Shown: positions 1 to 11,533 of the stretch, piece by piece
How the letters are laid out: each line of letters opens with the position of its first letter
Numbering within the stretch: position 1 is the first letter of the stretch
NCBI GenBank assembly: GCA_965112735.1
Contig: OZ218952.1
Span: forward strand, 1,302,001 to 1,366,000
Source: Phaeosaccion multiseriatum
Lineage: Eukaryota; Protista; Ochrophyta, other classes
Direction of reading: 5' to 3'
DNA: 64,000 nucleotides
The notes under the pieces: generated by a model
What the model was told of the DNA's origin: nothing
The model's input: the letters and a program-made list of their open reading frames with translations, nothing else
The model's database searches: none
Program-made: the position numbers and the translations under genes

Positions 1-2
1 GT

Positions 3-275
3 GGAGGTGTTGGTAGTATCCTCAACCTCGTCGTCGTCAAGGGAGACTGGGGGCTGGGTCTAGAGCTGCGCAAGGAGAAGCGAGGCGCGACGGACGCGGC
101 CATTGTCAAGCTCGTCAAGCCGGAGGCTCAGTTCGCAGGGGGTGCGGCTCTGCAGTGCGGAGACGTCATTACGGCGGTGAACGGGGTGGGGTGCGGCAGC
201 TTCGGCCGAGCCGTGACGCTGCTCAAGGCCGCCGAGGGACACATTCGGGTGCAAGTGGAGCGGCCTGCGGTGTGA
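3..275 (+). CDS. 3' end of a PDZ-domain protein (partial, gene starts upstream of the window)
   Basis: Manual frame-3 translation, absent from the ORF track: ILNLVVVKGDWGLGLELRK...LQCGDVITAVNGVGCGSFGRAVTLLKAAEGHIRVQVERPAV*. It shows the PDZ K-xxx-GLG(L/F) loop and the GD-x-I-x-AVNG motif. Confidence 0.8.
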   Translation, partial: GGVGSILNLVVVKGDWGLGLELRKEKRGATDAAIVKLVKPEAQFAGGAALQCGDVITAVNGVGCGSFGRAVTLLKAAEGHIRVQVERPAV

Positions 276-479
276 CTTTTGTACAGCGTTACTTTTTTTT
301 TTACAACTGGCACTTAAACTGAGACCCCTTTTGGACCATTTATTATTACCCCGGGGGAACCTTTTTTTTTCTCTTCCTCCTCCTCCCCTTGCCTCTCAAG
401 ACTTCTCTCTCCTTCCTCTAGCAAGAGAACGCCTGAAATAATAAACAGAGGGGAGTGGTAGCACGCAAGGGGTCCAAAG

Positions 480-3234
480 ATGATGCGCGTACTGGTCCAG
501 AAGAAGATATACCAGTACTCTCCGCCGGCCGAGAGGAGGGGGGAGGAACTTGTTTGCTATCCCTCCCCTCCCCCTCACGATCTCACATCACAGCGGATCT
601 CGAGGGAGAGGGGAATACAAACCGGGAAATGGACAACCAATTGGGAGAATACCTCGCTGATTGTGGAGACGGGAAGTCGAAAGCAGATGGAAGAGAAAGT
701 GCTCCAGCAGCTTTCCACCAACAATGATAACGAAGGTACGCCTACCCAACAGCGGAGTGATGGCAAGAGCAAGGATTCGGAGGGTCACAGCGCAGTTGAT
801 GTGAGAATGGGCAAGGAAAACAAGGGAGAGACAATCTTCAAAGTCCTTGCTCCCATGGAAGAGGGCGGAGGTGGACGATACATCAAGCTTGGTCGACTGG
901 ATGAGACCGGCACCTTTGCTCTCAACGCGGCTCTTGGTGGCGGTGCTGATGCTTATGAGACTGCTTCTGATGGTAGCGGCGAGGATACTGTCAGGGAGAC
1001 GAGCGAGGCCCTCTCGGGAGCCTCAACTGTGGAAGCGGTGATGGAGCGGCTCGGCATGACTGAAGAACTGAAGCTGACTGCAGTGGCAGACGACGACATC
1101 GCTGCTGCCCAGGGTCGGACGGCCGTGAAAGGAGGCATGACAGTGTATGCAAAGACGGACCCCTGCCTACTGCCCAAGAAGGTGACCAAGGACGAGGGGG
1201 GGGACGAGAATGATGACGGTGAAGAGCTTTTTGTGCGTCCGGTGATGAGCATACTGCAAAAGCAGGAGTTTCAGGTCAACATCCTGTTCAAGGGGGAGAG
1301 TCACACGATCAAGACCGATTGCAGGAGCGTGCCGGCCTTAGCCCGTGAAATTGCAAACCTCACCGGCGTGCCTCCTAAGAAGCAGGAGCTGTCGTTCATT
1401 CACTACCCCAGAGAGGAAGAGAAAGAGGGCGAGGTGAGAGCGGAGGCGGACAAGGAAGGAGAATGGCAGTCAACTCCCTCCCTCCCTCAGTCACTCACTC
1501 CCTGCATCCCTCTCTCCTCTCACTCCCTCCCCCCCTCCCTCCTTCCGTGCTACCCATCGTCTATCCCTCCCTCCCTCCCTCCCTCCCTCCCTGCCTCCCT
1601 GCCTCCCCGCCTCCCTGCCCCCCCCCCCTCCCTCCTTCCCTCCCTCTCGCCCTCCCTCCATTCCCACCTACCCACCTCCCTCCCTCCCTTCCTTCCTTCC
1701 TCCCTCCCTCCCTCCCTCCCTCCCTCCCTCCCTCCCTCCCTCCCTCCCTCCCTCCCTCCCTCCCTCCCTCCCTCCCTCCCTCCCTCCCTCCCTCCCTCCC
1801 TCCCTCCCTCCCTCCCTCCCTCCCTCCCTGCCTCCCTGCCTCCCCGCCTCCCTGCCCCCCCCCCCTCCCTCCTTCCCTCCCTCTCTCCCTCCCTCCATTC
1901 CCACCTACCCACCTCCCTCCCTCCCTTCCTTCCTTCCTCCCTCCCTCCCTCCCTCTCTCCCTCCCTCCCTCCCTCCCTCCCTCCCTCCCTCCCTCCCTCC
2001 CCCTCCCTCCCTCCCTCCCTCCCTCCCTCCCTCCCTCCCTCCCTCCCTCCCTCCCTCCCTCCCTCCCTCCCTCCCTCCCTCCCTCCCTCCCTCCCTCCCT
2101 CCCTCCCTCCCTCCCTCCCTCCCTCCCTCCCTCCCTCCCTCCCTCCCTCCCTCCCTCCCTCCCTCCCTCCCTCCCTCCCTCCCTCCCTCCCTCCCTCCCT
2201 CCCTCCCTCCCTCCCTCCCTCCCTCCCTCCCTCCCTCCCTCCCTCCCTCCCTCCCTCCCTCCCTCCCTCCCTCCCTTCCTTCCTTCCTTCCTCACCAGAT
2301 GACTGTTCTGCGCCGGGTAGATAGCCATGACAAGCTTTGTCAGCTCGTGACCCACTGCCCAGGCGATACGGTCCCTACACTCGTACTTCGGGAAGCGGAC
2401 GACACAAAGGGTCGCATTTTAGGATTTCTCATGGAAGTCTTTGTGATGACTATGGCTGGAAAGACCATCTCCGTGTGGGTGGAGCCTTTCGCTACCGTCG
2501 CAGCTTTCAAGAAGGAGATTTATGATTTGGAGGGCATCGCTCCTCATCAACACAGGCTGATCTTTGCGGGGCGTCAGCTGGAGGACAACTGCACGCTGTC
2601 CGAGTACAACGTAACGAAAGAAACCACGGTGCACCTGGTGTTGCGGCTACGTGGAGGCATGTACGTGCCCGCTACGGGGGGTGCACGGATCCCCCGCGGG
2701 TTCACTGCGTGCCATGTGGAAGCCCCTCGCTCTGCTGGCGGCCGCGAGGGCGACGACGTGCTCCTCCCTGTGACGGCATCCACCACGCTCCAGAACCTCT
2801 GCAAAGACGTTCTCCTGCCTGCTGTCCAGGACGCCATTCTTCGGGGACCGCAGCCTGGGTCCAGCCCTGCCGAGGCTGCTCTCGATGCACACCGTGGGGA
2901 AGGGGGCGTGGGAGGTGCGGCTCAGGAGGAGGACGTGGAGAAGAAGAAGGCCGGCAGTGACGCTCCTCCTGCCCCTTCCCCGGCCGCGGAAGCGATGCTG
3001 CAGGAGCTGCTGGCGGGCATGGTGTGGGAATGGCAGACCGACCCGGCCAAGACGCCGGAGCAGCTGCTGGAGAGCAGAGGGCTGGAGGCATCAGAAGGTT
3101 ACTTGGCGCTGCTCAGGGACGCGAGGGCTCGGATCGAAGGTGAGGAGCAAGCCGCTACAGGCTCTTGGTGGGGGGTGGGGTTGGACACTATATACACTTT
3201 TTGTGTTTGGGGAGGGCTTCAGAGACAAGACTGA
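480..3234 (+). CDS. Internal-ubiquitin-domain protein, tandem copy 1 (exons 480-1433, 2299-3234; about 629 aa)
   Basis: Phase-0 intron GAG|GTGAGA...CTCACCAG|ATG at 1434-2298. UBL at 2431-2658 ([12 protein letters not shown]...HLVLRLRGG). The spliced junction aligns with the contiguous sequence of the intronless paralogues at 49790 and 54264. The shared stop is replaced here (GGTGAG instead of GGTGCGTAG). Confidence 0.85.
1530..2290. repeat. (CCCT)n tract in the intron of copy 1, with an internal ~130 bp duplication
   Basis: Directly visible. The compound block at about 1570-1700 recurs at about 1810-1940. Confidence 0.95.
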
Positions 3235-4295
3235 GTCCTTAGTTGATCGGTCGGTTCGTCGTGTGTCGCTCGGATTCTTGAGCCGAACCGCGTTGACACG
3301 CTTCACATCCGTGCCATCAGCCAGCCCCCTGTCCTGCTGCTCGTTTATTTCTCACTTGCTCGCTCTATCGCTCCTCGCTCGCCCTTGCCCTTGTGTTTGT
3401 TTCGGCTGCTTCGCGTCAATGCGGCGTGTGGCAGCAGGGAAAGCCCGCAATGGCCAGCAGGAGCGGGGCGAGAGAACACGCGGACGAGGAGGAGGAAGAG
3501 GGGGAGGACGAGGTGGAGAAGGAGGAGAGCGCGGAAGGTCGTGGCGGCGACGACAAAGCCGCAGGGCCAGACAGACTGCAGCGCGTAGAGAAGCCTGAGC
3601 GGCTCACACCATCGGTGGGCAGCTGCCGGCGGGCGAAGGCGGACGGGGCAGCCAGGGAGCGGCCGAGGAGGTAGGAGGTTAGCACCATCTCTACCACACG
3701 CCCTTGGAAGGGCGCGCATTTGTCTGGACACCATTGGTTGAAGTTGCTAGGCTCGAGGGTTGTGCATGTAAAAGTAGATACTGTAGAATGTGGGGAGAAG
3801 GGGGGGGGGGAGGGAGGGCGAGCAAGCTGAACGAACATGTCAGATCCTTGCTTCGAGCGAGATGGCTCACAAGGGGTTTTTAGAACATGCACTACCCGGG
3901 GAGAGACCCGACCGTAGGACAAGGCCACAAGGCCAGCCAGCAGGAGGAATGTGGTGTGAGGAACCATCCCTCCCAGACTGATCGCTCCACCTTCCGTCAC
4001 CTGTGAGCACGAGAAGCATCTGTAGGCAGGGGGGGTGCTCTTTGAGGGACGAGGCGGGGAAGAGGAAGGAAGGGTCACTGAGCCGCTCATGGCTCAGAAG
4101 GTAATAATCGAGGAGGAGGAAAAGGGTGCCACATCATACCTGAAATTTAAATTCATGGTGGGAAAACTGAAACTGCGCTTGGTGACTGCACTGCGCAGGG
4201 GCAGGAAACGTCCTTCTCTCCCTCCTCAAGCAAGGGAACGCCAGAAGAAATAAACGGAGGGGAGTGGTAGCACGCAAGGGGTCTCCAGTCCAAAG

Positions 4296-6216
4296 ATGAT
4301 GCGCGTACTGGTCCAGAAGGAGACATACCAGTACTCTCCGCCGACCCCCCGTAGTGGGGATGAACTTGTTTGCCACCCTTCCCCCCCCCGCTTTCGTCAG
4401 AGACTCAAGCCAAATGGGGAATGGACAGTCGAGTCGGAGAGTATCTCGCTGATTGTGGAGACGGGAAGTCGAAAGCAGATGGAAGAGAAAGTGCTCCAGC
4501 AGCTTTCCAGCAGCTGCAGCAACAAGAACAAGGGTACGCCTATCCAAAAGCAGAGTGATGGAAAGAGCAAGGATTCGGAAGGTCACAGCGTAGTCGATGT
4601 GAGAATGGGCAAGGAAAACAAGGGAGAGACAATCCTCAAAGTCCATACTCCCATGGAAGAGGGCGGAGGTGGACGATACATCAAGCTTGGTCGACTGGAT
4701 GAGACCGGCACCTTTGCTCTCAACGCGGCTCTTGGTGGCGATGATACCGTCAGGGGGAGGAGCGAGGCCCTATCGGGAGCCTCAACTGTGGAAGCGGTGA
4801 TGGAGCGGCTCGGCATGATTGAAAAACTGAAGCTGACTGCAGTGGCAGACGACGACATCGCTGCCGCCCAGGAGGGGACGGTCGTGAGAGGAGGCATGAC
4901 AGTATATGCGAAGACGGACCACTGCTTACTGCCCAAGGTGACCAAGGACGAGGGGGGCGAGAATGATAACGGCGAAGAGCTTTTTGTGCGTCCGGTGATG
5001 GGCATAATGCAAATGCAGGAGTTTAAGGTTAATGTCCTCTTCAAGGAGGAGAGCCACACGATCAAGACGAATTGCAGGAACTTGTCGGCCTTTGCCTGTG
5101 AGATTGCAAACCTCACCGGCGTGCCTAGGAGGAGCCAGGAGCTGTCTTTCATTCACTGCCGCAGAGAGGAAGGGGAAGAGGGCGAGGTGAGAGCGGAGGC
5201 GGACAAGGAAGGGGAATCGCAATCAACTCCCTCCCTCCCTCCCTCCTTCCGTCCTACCCTCCCTCCCTCCCTCTCTCCCTGTATCCCTCCCTGACCCCCT
5301 CCCTGCCTCCTTCCTTGCCTCCCTCCCTCCCTCCCTCCCTCACCAGATGACTGTTCTGAACTCGGCTAGCTATGACGAGTTTTGTGAACTCGTGATCAAC
5401 TGCCCAGCCGATACGGTCCCTACACTCGTACTTCAGGACAAGGGCGATTTGAAGGTTCAGGACAAGGGCGATTTGAAGAATCGGTACTACGGCCGTGGTA
5501 TGCAAGTCTTTGTGAAGAATCTAACTGGAAAGACCATCACCGTGGATGTGGAGCCATCCACTACCGTCGCAGCTCTCAAGAAGAACATTAAGGCCCACGA
5601 AGGCATCGCTCCTGATCAGCAGAGGCTGATCTTTGCGGGGCGTCAGCTGGAGGACTGGCGCACGCTGTTCGAGTGCGGGATATCGGCGGAAGTAACGATT
5701 CACCTGGTGTTGCGGCTACGTGGAGGCATGTACGTGCCCGCTACGGGGGGTGCACGGATCCCCCGCGGGTTCACCGCGTGCCATGTGGAGGCCCCTCGCT
5801 CTGCTGGCGGCCGCGAGGGCGACGACGTGCTCCTCCCTGTGACGGCGTCCACCACGCTCCAGAACCTCTGCAAAGACATTCTCCTGCCTGCTGTCCAGGA
5901 CGCCATTCTTCGGGGGCCGCAGCCTGGGTCCAGCCCTGCCGAGGCTGCTCTCGATGCACACCGTGGGGAAGGGGGCGTGGGAGGTGCGGCTGAGGAGGAG
6001 GACGTGGAGGAGAAGAAGGCCGGCAGTGACGCTCCTCCTGCCCCTTCCCCGGCCGCGGAAGCGATGCTGCAGGAGCTGCTGGCGGGCATGGTGTGGGAAT
6101 GGCAGACCGACCCGGCCAAGACGCCGGAGCAGCTGCTGGAGAGCAGAGGGCTGGAGGCATCAGAAGGTTACTTGGCGCTGCTCAGGGACGCGAGGGCTCG
6201 GATCGAAGGTGCGTAG
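4296..6216 (+). CDS. Internal-ubiquitin-domain protein, tandem copy 2 (exons 4296-5186, 5347-6216; about 586 aa)
   Basis: Same phase-0 GT-AG intron (160 bp). UBL at 5500-5727, [12 protein letters not shown]...HLVLRLRGG. Confidence 0.88.
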
Positions 6217-7390
6217 CAAGCCGCTACAGGCTCTTGGTGGGGGGTGGGGTTGGACACTCAATACACTTTTTGTGTTTGGGAGGGCTTCAGAGACAAGACT
6301 GAGTCTACACATTTCTCCCTCAGTTGATCGGTTGGTTCGACCTGGCTGTGTCGATCGGATTCTTGAGCTGAACCGCGTTGACACGCTTCACATCCGTGCC
6401 ATCAGCCAGCCCCCTGTCCTGCTGCTCGCTTATTTCTCACTTGCTCGCTCTGTCGCTCCTCGCTCGCCCTTGCCCTCGTGTTTGTTTCGGCTGCTTCGCG
6501 TCAATGCGGCGTGTGGCAGCAGGGAAAGCCCGCAATGGCCAGCAGGAACGGGGCGAGAGAACACGCGGGCGCGGAGGAGGAAGAGGGGGAGGACGAGGTG
6601 GAGGAGGAGAGCGCGGAAGGTCGTGGCGGCGACGACAAAGCCGCAGGGCCAGACAGACTGCAGCGCGTAGAGAAGCCTGAGTGACCATCGGTGGGCAGCT
6701 GCCAGCGGGCGAAGGCGGCCGGGGCAGCCAGGGAGCGGCCGAGGAGGTAGGAGGTCAGCACCATCTCTACCACACGCCCTTGGAAGGGCGCGCATTTGTC
6801 TGGACACCATTGTTGAAGCTGCTAGGCTCGAAGGTTATTTTAATGTAAAAGTAGATATTGTAGAATATGGGGAGAAGGGGGGGGAGGGAGGGCGAGCAAC
6901 AAGCTGAACGAACATGTCAGATCTTTGCTTCGAGCGAGATGGCTCACAAGGGGTTTTTAGAGCATGCACTACCCGGGGAGAGACCAGACCGTAGGACAAG
7001 GCCACAAGGCCAGCCAGCAGGAGGAATGTGGTGTGAGGAACTATCCCTCCCAGACTGATCGCTCCACCTTCCATCATCAGTGAGCACGAGAAGCATCTGT
7101 AGGCAGGGGGGGTGCTCTTCGAGGGACGAGGCGGGGAAGAGGAAGGAAGGGTCACTGAGGAACCGCTCATGGCTCAGAAGGTAGTGGTAGGGAGGAGGAG
7201 AGGAGGAAAAGGGCGCCACATCATGCCACCTTGATATTTAAATTCATGGTGGGAAAACTGAAACTGCGTTTGATGACTGCACTGCGGAGGGGCAGGGAAT
7301 GTCCTTCTCTCCCTCCTTCCTCAATCAAGGGAACGCCCGAAGAAATAAACGGAGGGGAGTGGTAGCACGCAAGGGGTCTCCAGTCCAAAG

Positions 7391-9889
7391 ATGATGCGCA
7401 TACTGGTCCACAAGGAGACATACCAGTACTCTCCGGGCTGGACAGTCGAGTCGGAGAGTATCTCGCTGATTGTGGAGACGGGAAGTCGAAAGCAGATGGA
7501 ACAGAACGTGCTCCAGCAGCTTTCCAGCAGCTGCAGCAACAAGAACAAGGGTACGCCAATCCAAAAGCAGAGTGATGGAAAGAGCAAGGATTCGGAAGGT
7601 CACAGCGTAGTCGATGTGAGAATGGGCAAGGAAAACAAGGGAGAGACAATCCTCAAAGTCCATACTCCCATGGAAGAGGGCGGAGGTGGACGATACATCA
7701 AGCTTGGTCGACTGGATGAGACCGGCACCTTTGCTCTCAACGCGGCTCTTGGTGGCGATGATACCGTCAGGGGGAGGAGCGAGGCCCTCTCTGGAGCCTC
7801 AACTGTGGAAGCGGTGATGAAGCGGCTCGGTAGGTCTCAAGAACTGAAGCTGAGTGCAGTGGCAGACGACGACATCGCTGCCGCCCAGGAGGGGACGGTC
7901 GTGAGAGGAGGCATGACAGTATATGCGAAGACGTGGTGGCGCAAGGTGACCAAGGACGAGGGGGGCGAGAATGATGACGGCGAAGAGCTTTTTGTGCGTC
8001 CGGTGATGGGCATAGTGCAAATGCAGGAGTACAAGGTTAATGTCCTCTTCAAGGAGGAGAGCCACACCATCAAGACAGATTGCAGGAACTTGTCGGCCTT
8101 TGCCCGTGAAATCGCAAACCTCACCGGCGTGCCTAGGAGGAGGCAGGAGCTGTCGTTCATTCACTACCCCAGAGAGGAAGGGAAAGAGGGCGAGGTGAGA
8201 GTGGGGGCGGACAAGGAAGGGGAATCGCAGTCAACTCCCTACCACCCTTAGTCACTCACTCACTGCATCCCTCTCTCCTCCCTCCCTCCCTCTTTCCGTC
8301 CTACCCTCAGTCCCTCCCTTCCTCCCTCCCTGCCTCCCTTCGTCCCTCCCTCCCTCCTTCCGTCCTACCCTCCCTCCCTCCTTCCGTCCTACCCTCCCTC
8401 CCTCCTTCCCTCCGTCCCTCCCTCCCTCCGTCCCTCCGTCCCTCCCTCCCTCCCTCCCTCCCTCCCTCCCTCCCTCCCTCCCTCCCTCCCTCCCTCCCTC
8501 CCTCCCTCCCTCCCTCCCTCCCTCCCTCCCTCCCTCCCTCCCTCCCTCCCTCCCTCCCTCCCTCCCTCCCTCCCTCCCTCCCTCCCTCCCTCCCTCCCTC
8601 CCTCCCTCCCTCCCTCCCTCCCTCCCTCCCTCCCTCCCTCCCTCCCTCCCTCCCTCCCTCCCTCCCTCCCTCCCTCCCTCCCTCCGTCCCTCCGTCCCTC
8701 CGTCCCTCCCTCCCTCCCTCCCTCCCTCCCTCCCTCCCTCCCTCCCTCCCTCCCTCCCTCCCTCCCTCCCTCCCTCCCTCCCTCCCTCCCTCCCTCCCTC
8801 CCTCCCTCCCTCCCTCCCTCCCTCCCTCCCTCCCTCCCTCCCTCCCTCCCTCCCTCCCTCCCTCCCTCCCTCCCTCCCTCCCTCCCTCCCTCCCTCCCTC
8901 CCTCCCTCCCTCCCTCCCTCCCTCCCTCCCTCCCTCCCTCCCTCCCTCCCTCCCTCCCTCCCTCCCTCCCTCCCTCCCTGCCTCCCTCCTCCCTCCCTCC
9001 CTCCCTCCCTCCCTCCCTCCCTTCCTCCCTCCCTCACCAGATGACTGTTCTGAACTTGGATAGCTATGACGAGTTTTGTGAACTCGTGACCAACTGCCCA
9101 ACCGATACGGTCCCTACACTCGTACTTCAGGACAAGGGTGATCTGAAGAATCGGTACTTTGGCCGTAGTATGCAAGTCTTTGTGAAGACTCTAACTGGAA
9201 AGACCATCTCCGTGTGGGTGGAGCCTTCCACTACCGTCGACGGTTTGAAGAAGGAGATTGAGGCCAGCGAAGGCATCCCTCCTGATCAGCAGAGGCTGAT
9301 CTATGCGGGGTGTCATGACTTGGAGGACTGGCGCACGCTGTCCGACTACAGGATACCGATGGAAGGGACGATTCACCTGGTGTTGCGGCTACGTGGAGGC
9401 ATGTACGTGCCCGCTACGGGGGGGGCACGGGTCCCCCCCGGGTACACTGCGTGCTACGTGGAGGCCCCTCGCTCTGCTGGCGGCCGCGAAGGCGATGACG
9501 TGCTCTTCACAGTGACGGCATCCACCACGCTCCAGAACCTCTGCAAAGACGTTCTCCTGCCTGCTGTGCAGGACGCCATTCTTCGGGGGGCGCAGCCTGG
9601 GTCCAGCCCTGCCGAGGCTGCTCTCGATGCACACCGTGGGGAAGGGGGCGTGGGAGGTGCGGCTCAGGAGGAGGACGTGGAGGAGAAGAAGGCCGGCAGT
9701 GACGCTCCTCCTGCCCCTTCCCCGGCCGCGGAAGCGATGCTGCAGGAGCTGCTGGCGGGCATGGTGTGGGAATGGCAGACCGACCCGGCCAAGACGCCGG
9801 AGCAGCTGCTGGAGAGCAGAGGGCTCGAGGCCTCAGAAGATTACTTGGCGCTGCTCAGGGACGCGAGGGCTCGGATCGAAGGTGCGTAG
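7391..9889 (+). CDS. Internal-ubiquitin-domain protein, tandem copy 3 (exons 7391-8194, 9041-9889; about 550 aa)
   Basis: Same intron (846 bp). UBL at 9170-9400 with a 1-aa insertion (AGCHDLED), ending LRLRGG. Confidence 0.88.
8270..9032. repeat. (CCCT)n tract in the intron of copy 3
   Basis: Directly visible. Confidence 0.95.
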
Positions 9890-10867
9890 CAAGCCGCTAC
9901 AGGCTCTTGGTGGGGGGTGGGGTCGGACACTATATACACTTTTTGTGTTTGGGAGGGCTTCAGAGACAAGACTGAGTCTACACATTTCTCCCTCAGTTGA
10001 TCGGTTGGTTCGACCTGGCTGTGTCGATCGGACTCTTGGGCCGAACCGCGTTGGCACGCTTCACATCCGTGCCATCAGCCAGCCCCCTGTCCTGCTGCTC
10101 GCTTATTTCTCACTTGCTCGCTCTGTCGCTCCTCGCTCGCCCTTGCCCTCGTGTTTGTTTCGGCTGCTTCGCGTCAATGCGGCGTGTGGCAGCAGGGAAA
10201 GCCCGCAATGGCCAACAGGAGCGGGGCGAGAGAACACGCGGACGAGGAGGAGGAAGAGGGGGAGGACGAGGTGGAGAAGGAGGAGAGCGCGGAAGGTCGT
10301 GGCGGCGACGACAAAGCCGCAGGGTCAGACAGGCTGCAGCGCGTAGAGAAGGCTGAGCGGCTCACACCATGGGTGGGCAGCTGCCGGCGGGCGAAATCGG
10401 CCGGGGCAGCCAGGGAGCGGCCGAGGAGGTAGGAAGTTAGGACCATCTCTACCACACGCCCTTGGAAGGGCGCGCATTTGTCTGGACACCATTGTTGAAG
10501 CTGCTAGGCTCGAGGGTTGTGCATGTAAAAGTAGATACTGTAGAATATGGGGAGAAGGGGGGGGAGGGAGGGCGAGGAAAAGCTGAACGAACCTGCAAGA
10601 TCTTCGCTTCGAGCGAGATGGCTCACAAGGGGTTTAGAGAATATGCACTACCCGAGGAGAGAACAGACCGTAGGACAAGGCCACGAGGCCAGCCAATAGG
10701 AGGAATGTGATGTGAGGAACCATCCCTCCCAGACTGATCGCTCCACCTTCAGTCATCTGTGAGCACGAGATGCATCTGTAGGCAGGGGGGGTGCTCTTTG
10801 AGGGACGAGGCGGGGAAGAGGAAGAAAGGGTCACTGAGGAACCGCTCATGGCTCAGAAGGTAGTGGT

Positions 10868-11335
10868 TGGGGGGGGGAATAAATATATTGACTTAATAGG
10901 AATCACCTTATAAACTGAAACTGGAAGTGTGCGCGAGTGTTTGTGTGTATGTGTTTATGTGTGCGGGGGGGGGGGTTGTTACTCCCCCTCTGGGTCAGGG
11001 AGAGGGAAGGCAGGACCTGCTCCGCGGTTGAGCCGGCCCAGGAAGGCGCGTTCACGCTCCGAGAGCCACATCTGGTGACTGCAGCTAACGATCCGGCGGA
11101 GTCGGGTCAGGACGTGGCCCTTGATGGTAGAGGAGCCGGTGCGGCCGGTGCGAGAGACGACGTGTTCGGCGAGGGCGTGTAGGCACTAAGAGGGACTGCG
11201 CCTGTGAGCCGAGTCGTCCGTGCGTCTCGATGGCGAAGGTCGTGAGGCGAACTCGCTCTGGGTCGTAGGTGTTGGCGTAGTGCCGCTCCTTGCAGGTCTC
11301 GCGGTGGGCTGCTGCCGCGCCCGGTCTGGTGTCTG
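10868..11335 (-). mobile_element. 5'-truncated CRE/R2-group non-LTR retrotransposon remnant (end of the restriction-like endonuclease domain)
   Basis: Manual minus-strand translation of about 11322-10979: GAAAAHRETCKERHYANTYDPERVRLTTFAIETHGRLGSQAQSLL, frameshift, HALAEHVV...LTRLRRIVSCSHQ. This matches the REL motif (E-x-x-K-x-x-x-Y...FAxETxGRxG). The segment is absent from the other spacers of the array. Confidence 0.7.
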
Positions 11336-11533
11336 GTGTCCAGAGGGAGAAAAAAAAAAAAGGACGTTATCGAAACTGCCACTTCAACTACAATGTAGAT
11401 TCGTGCTTTTTTTGTAACTGCCTGCGCTGGCGAGAAAAACTCTCCTTCTCTCCCTCCTTCCTCAAGAGCAAGAGAACGCCCGAAGAAATAAACAGAGGGG
11501 AGTGGTAGCACGCAAGAGGTCTCCAGTCCAAAG

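Noticed and set aside
1463-2355. PSLP-, REGG- and MDGW-repeat ORFs (also at 8252-9175, 12408-13192, 16710-17180, 61724-62430)
   Set aside because: They are translations of intronic (CCCT)n/(CCAT)n tracts. The array tracts are bounded by phase-compatible splice sites, and the intronless paralogues lack such sequence.
4080-4300. All units spliced into one giant polyprotein via CAGAAG|GT and a nearby AG
   Set aside because: There is an in-frame TAA shortly upstream of the ATG, each unit has its own start, and TE insertions are tolerated at this site. It cannot be supported without cDNA.
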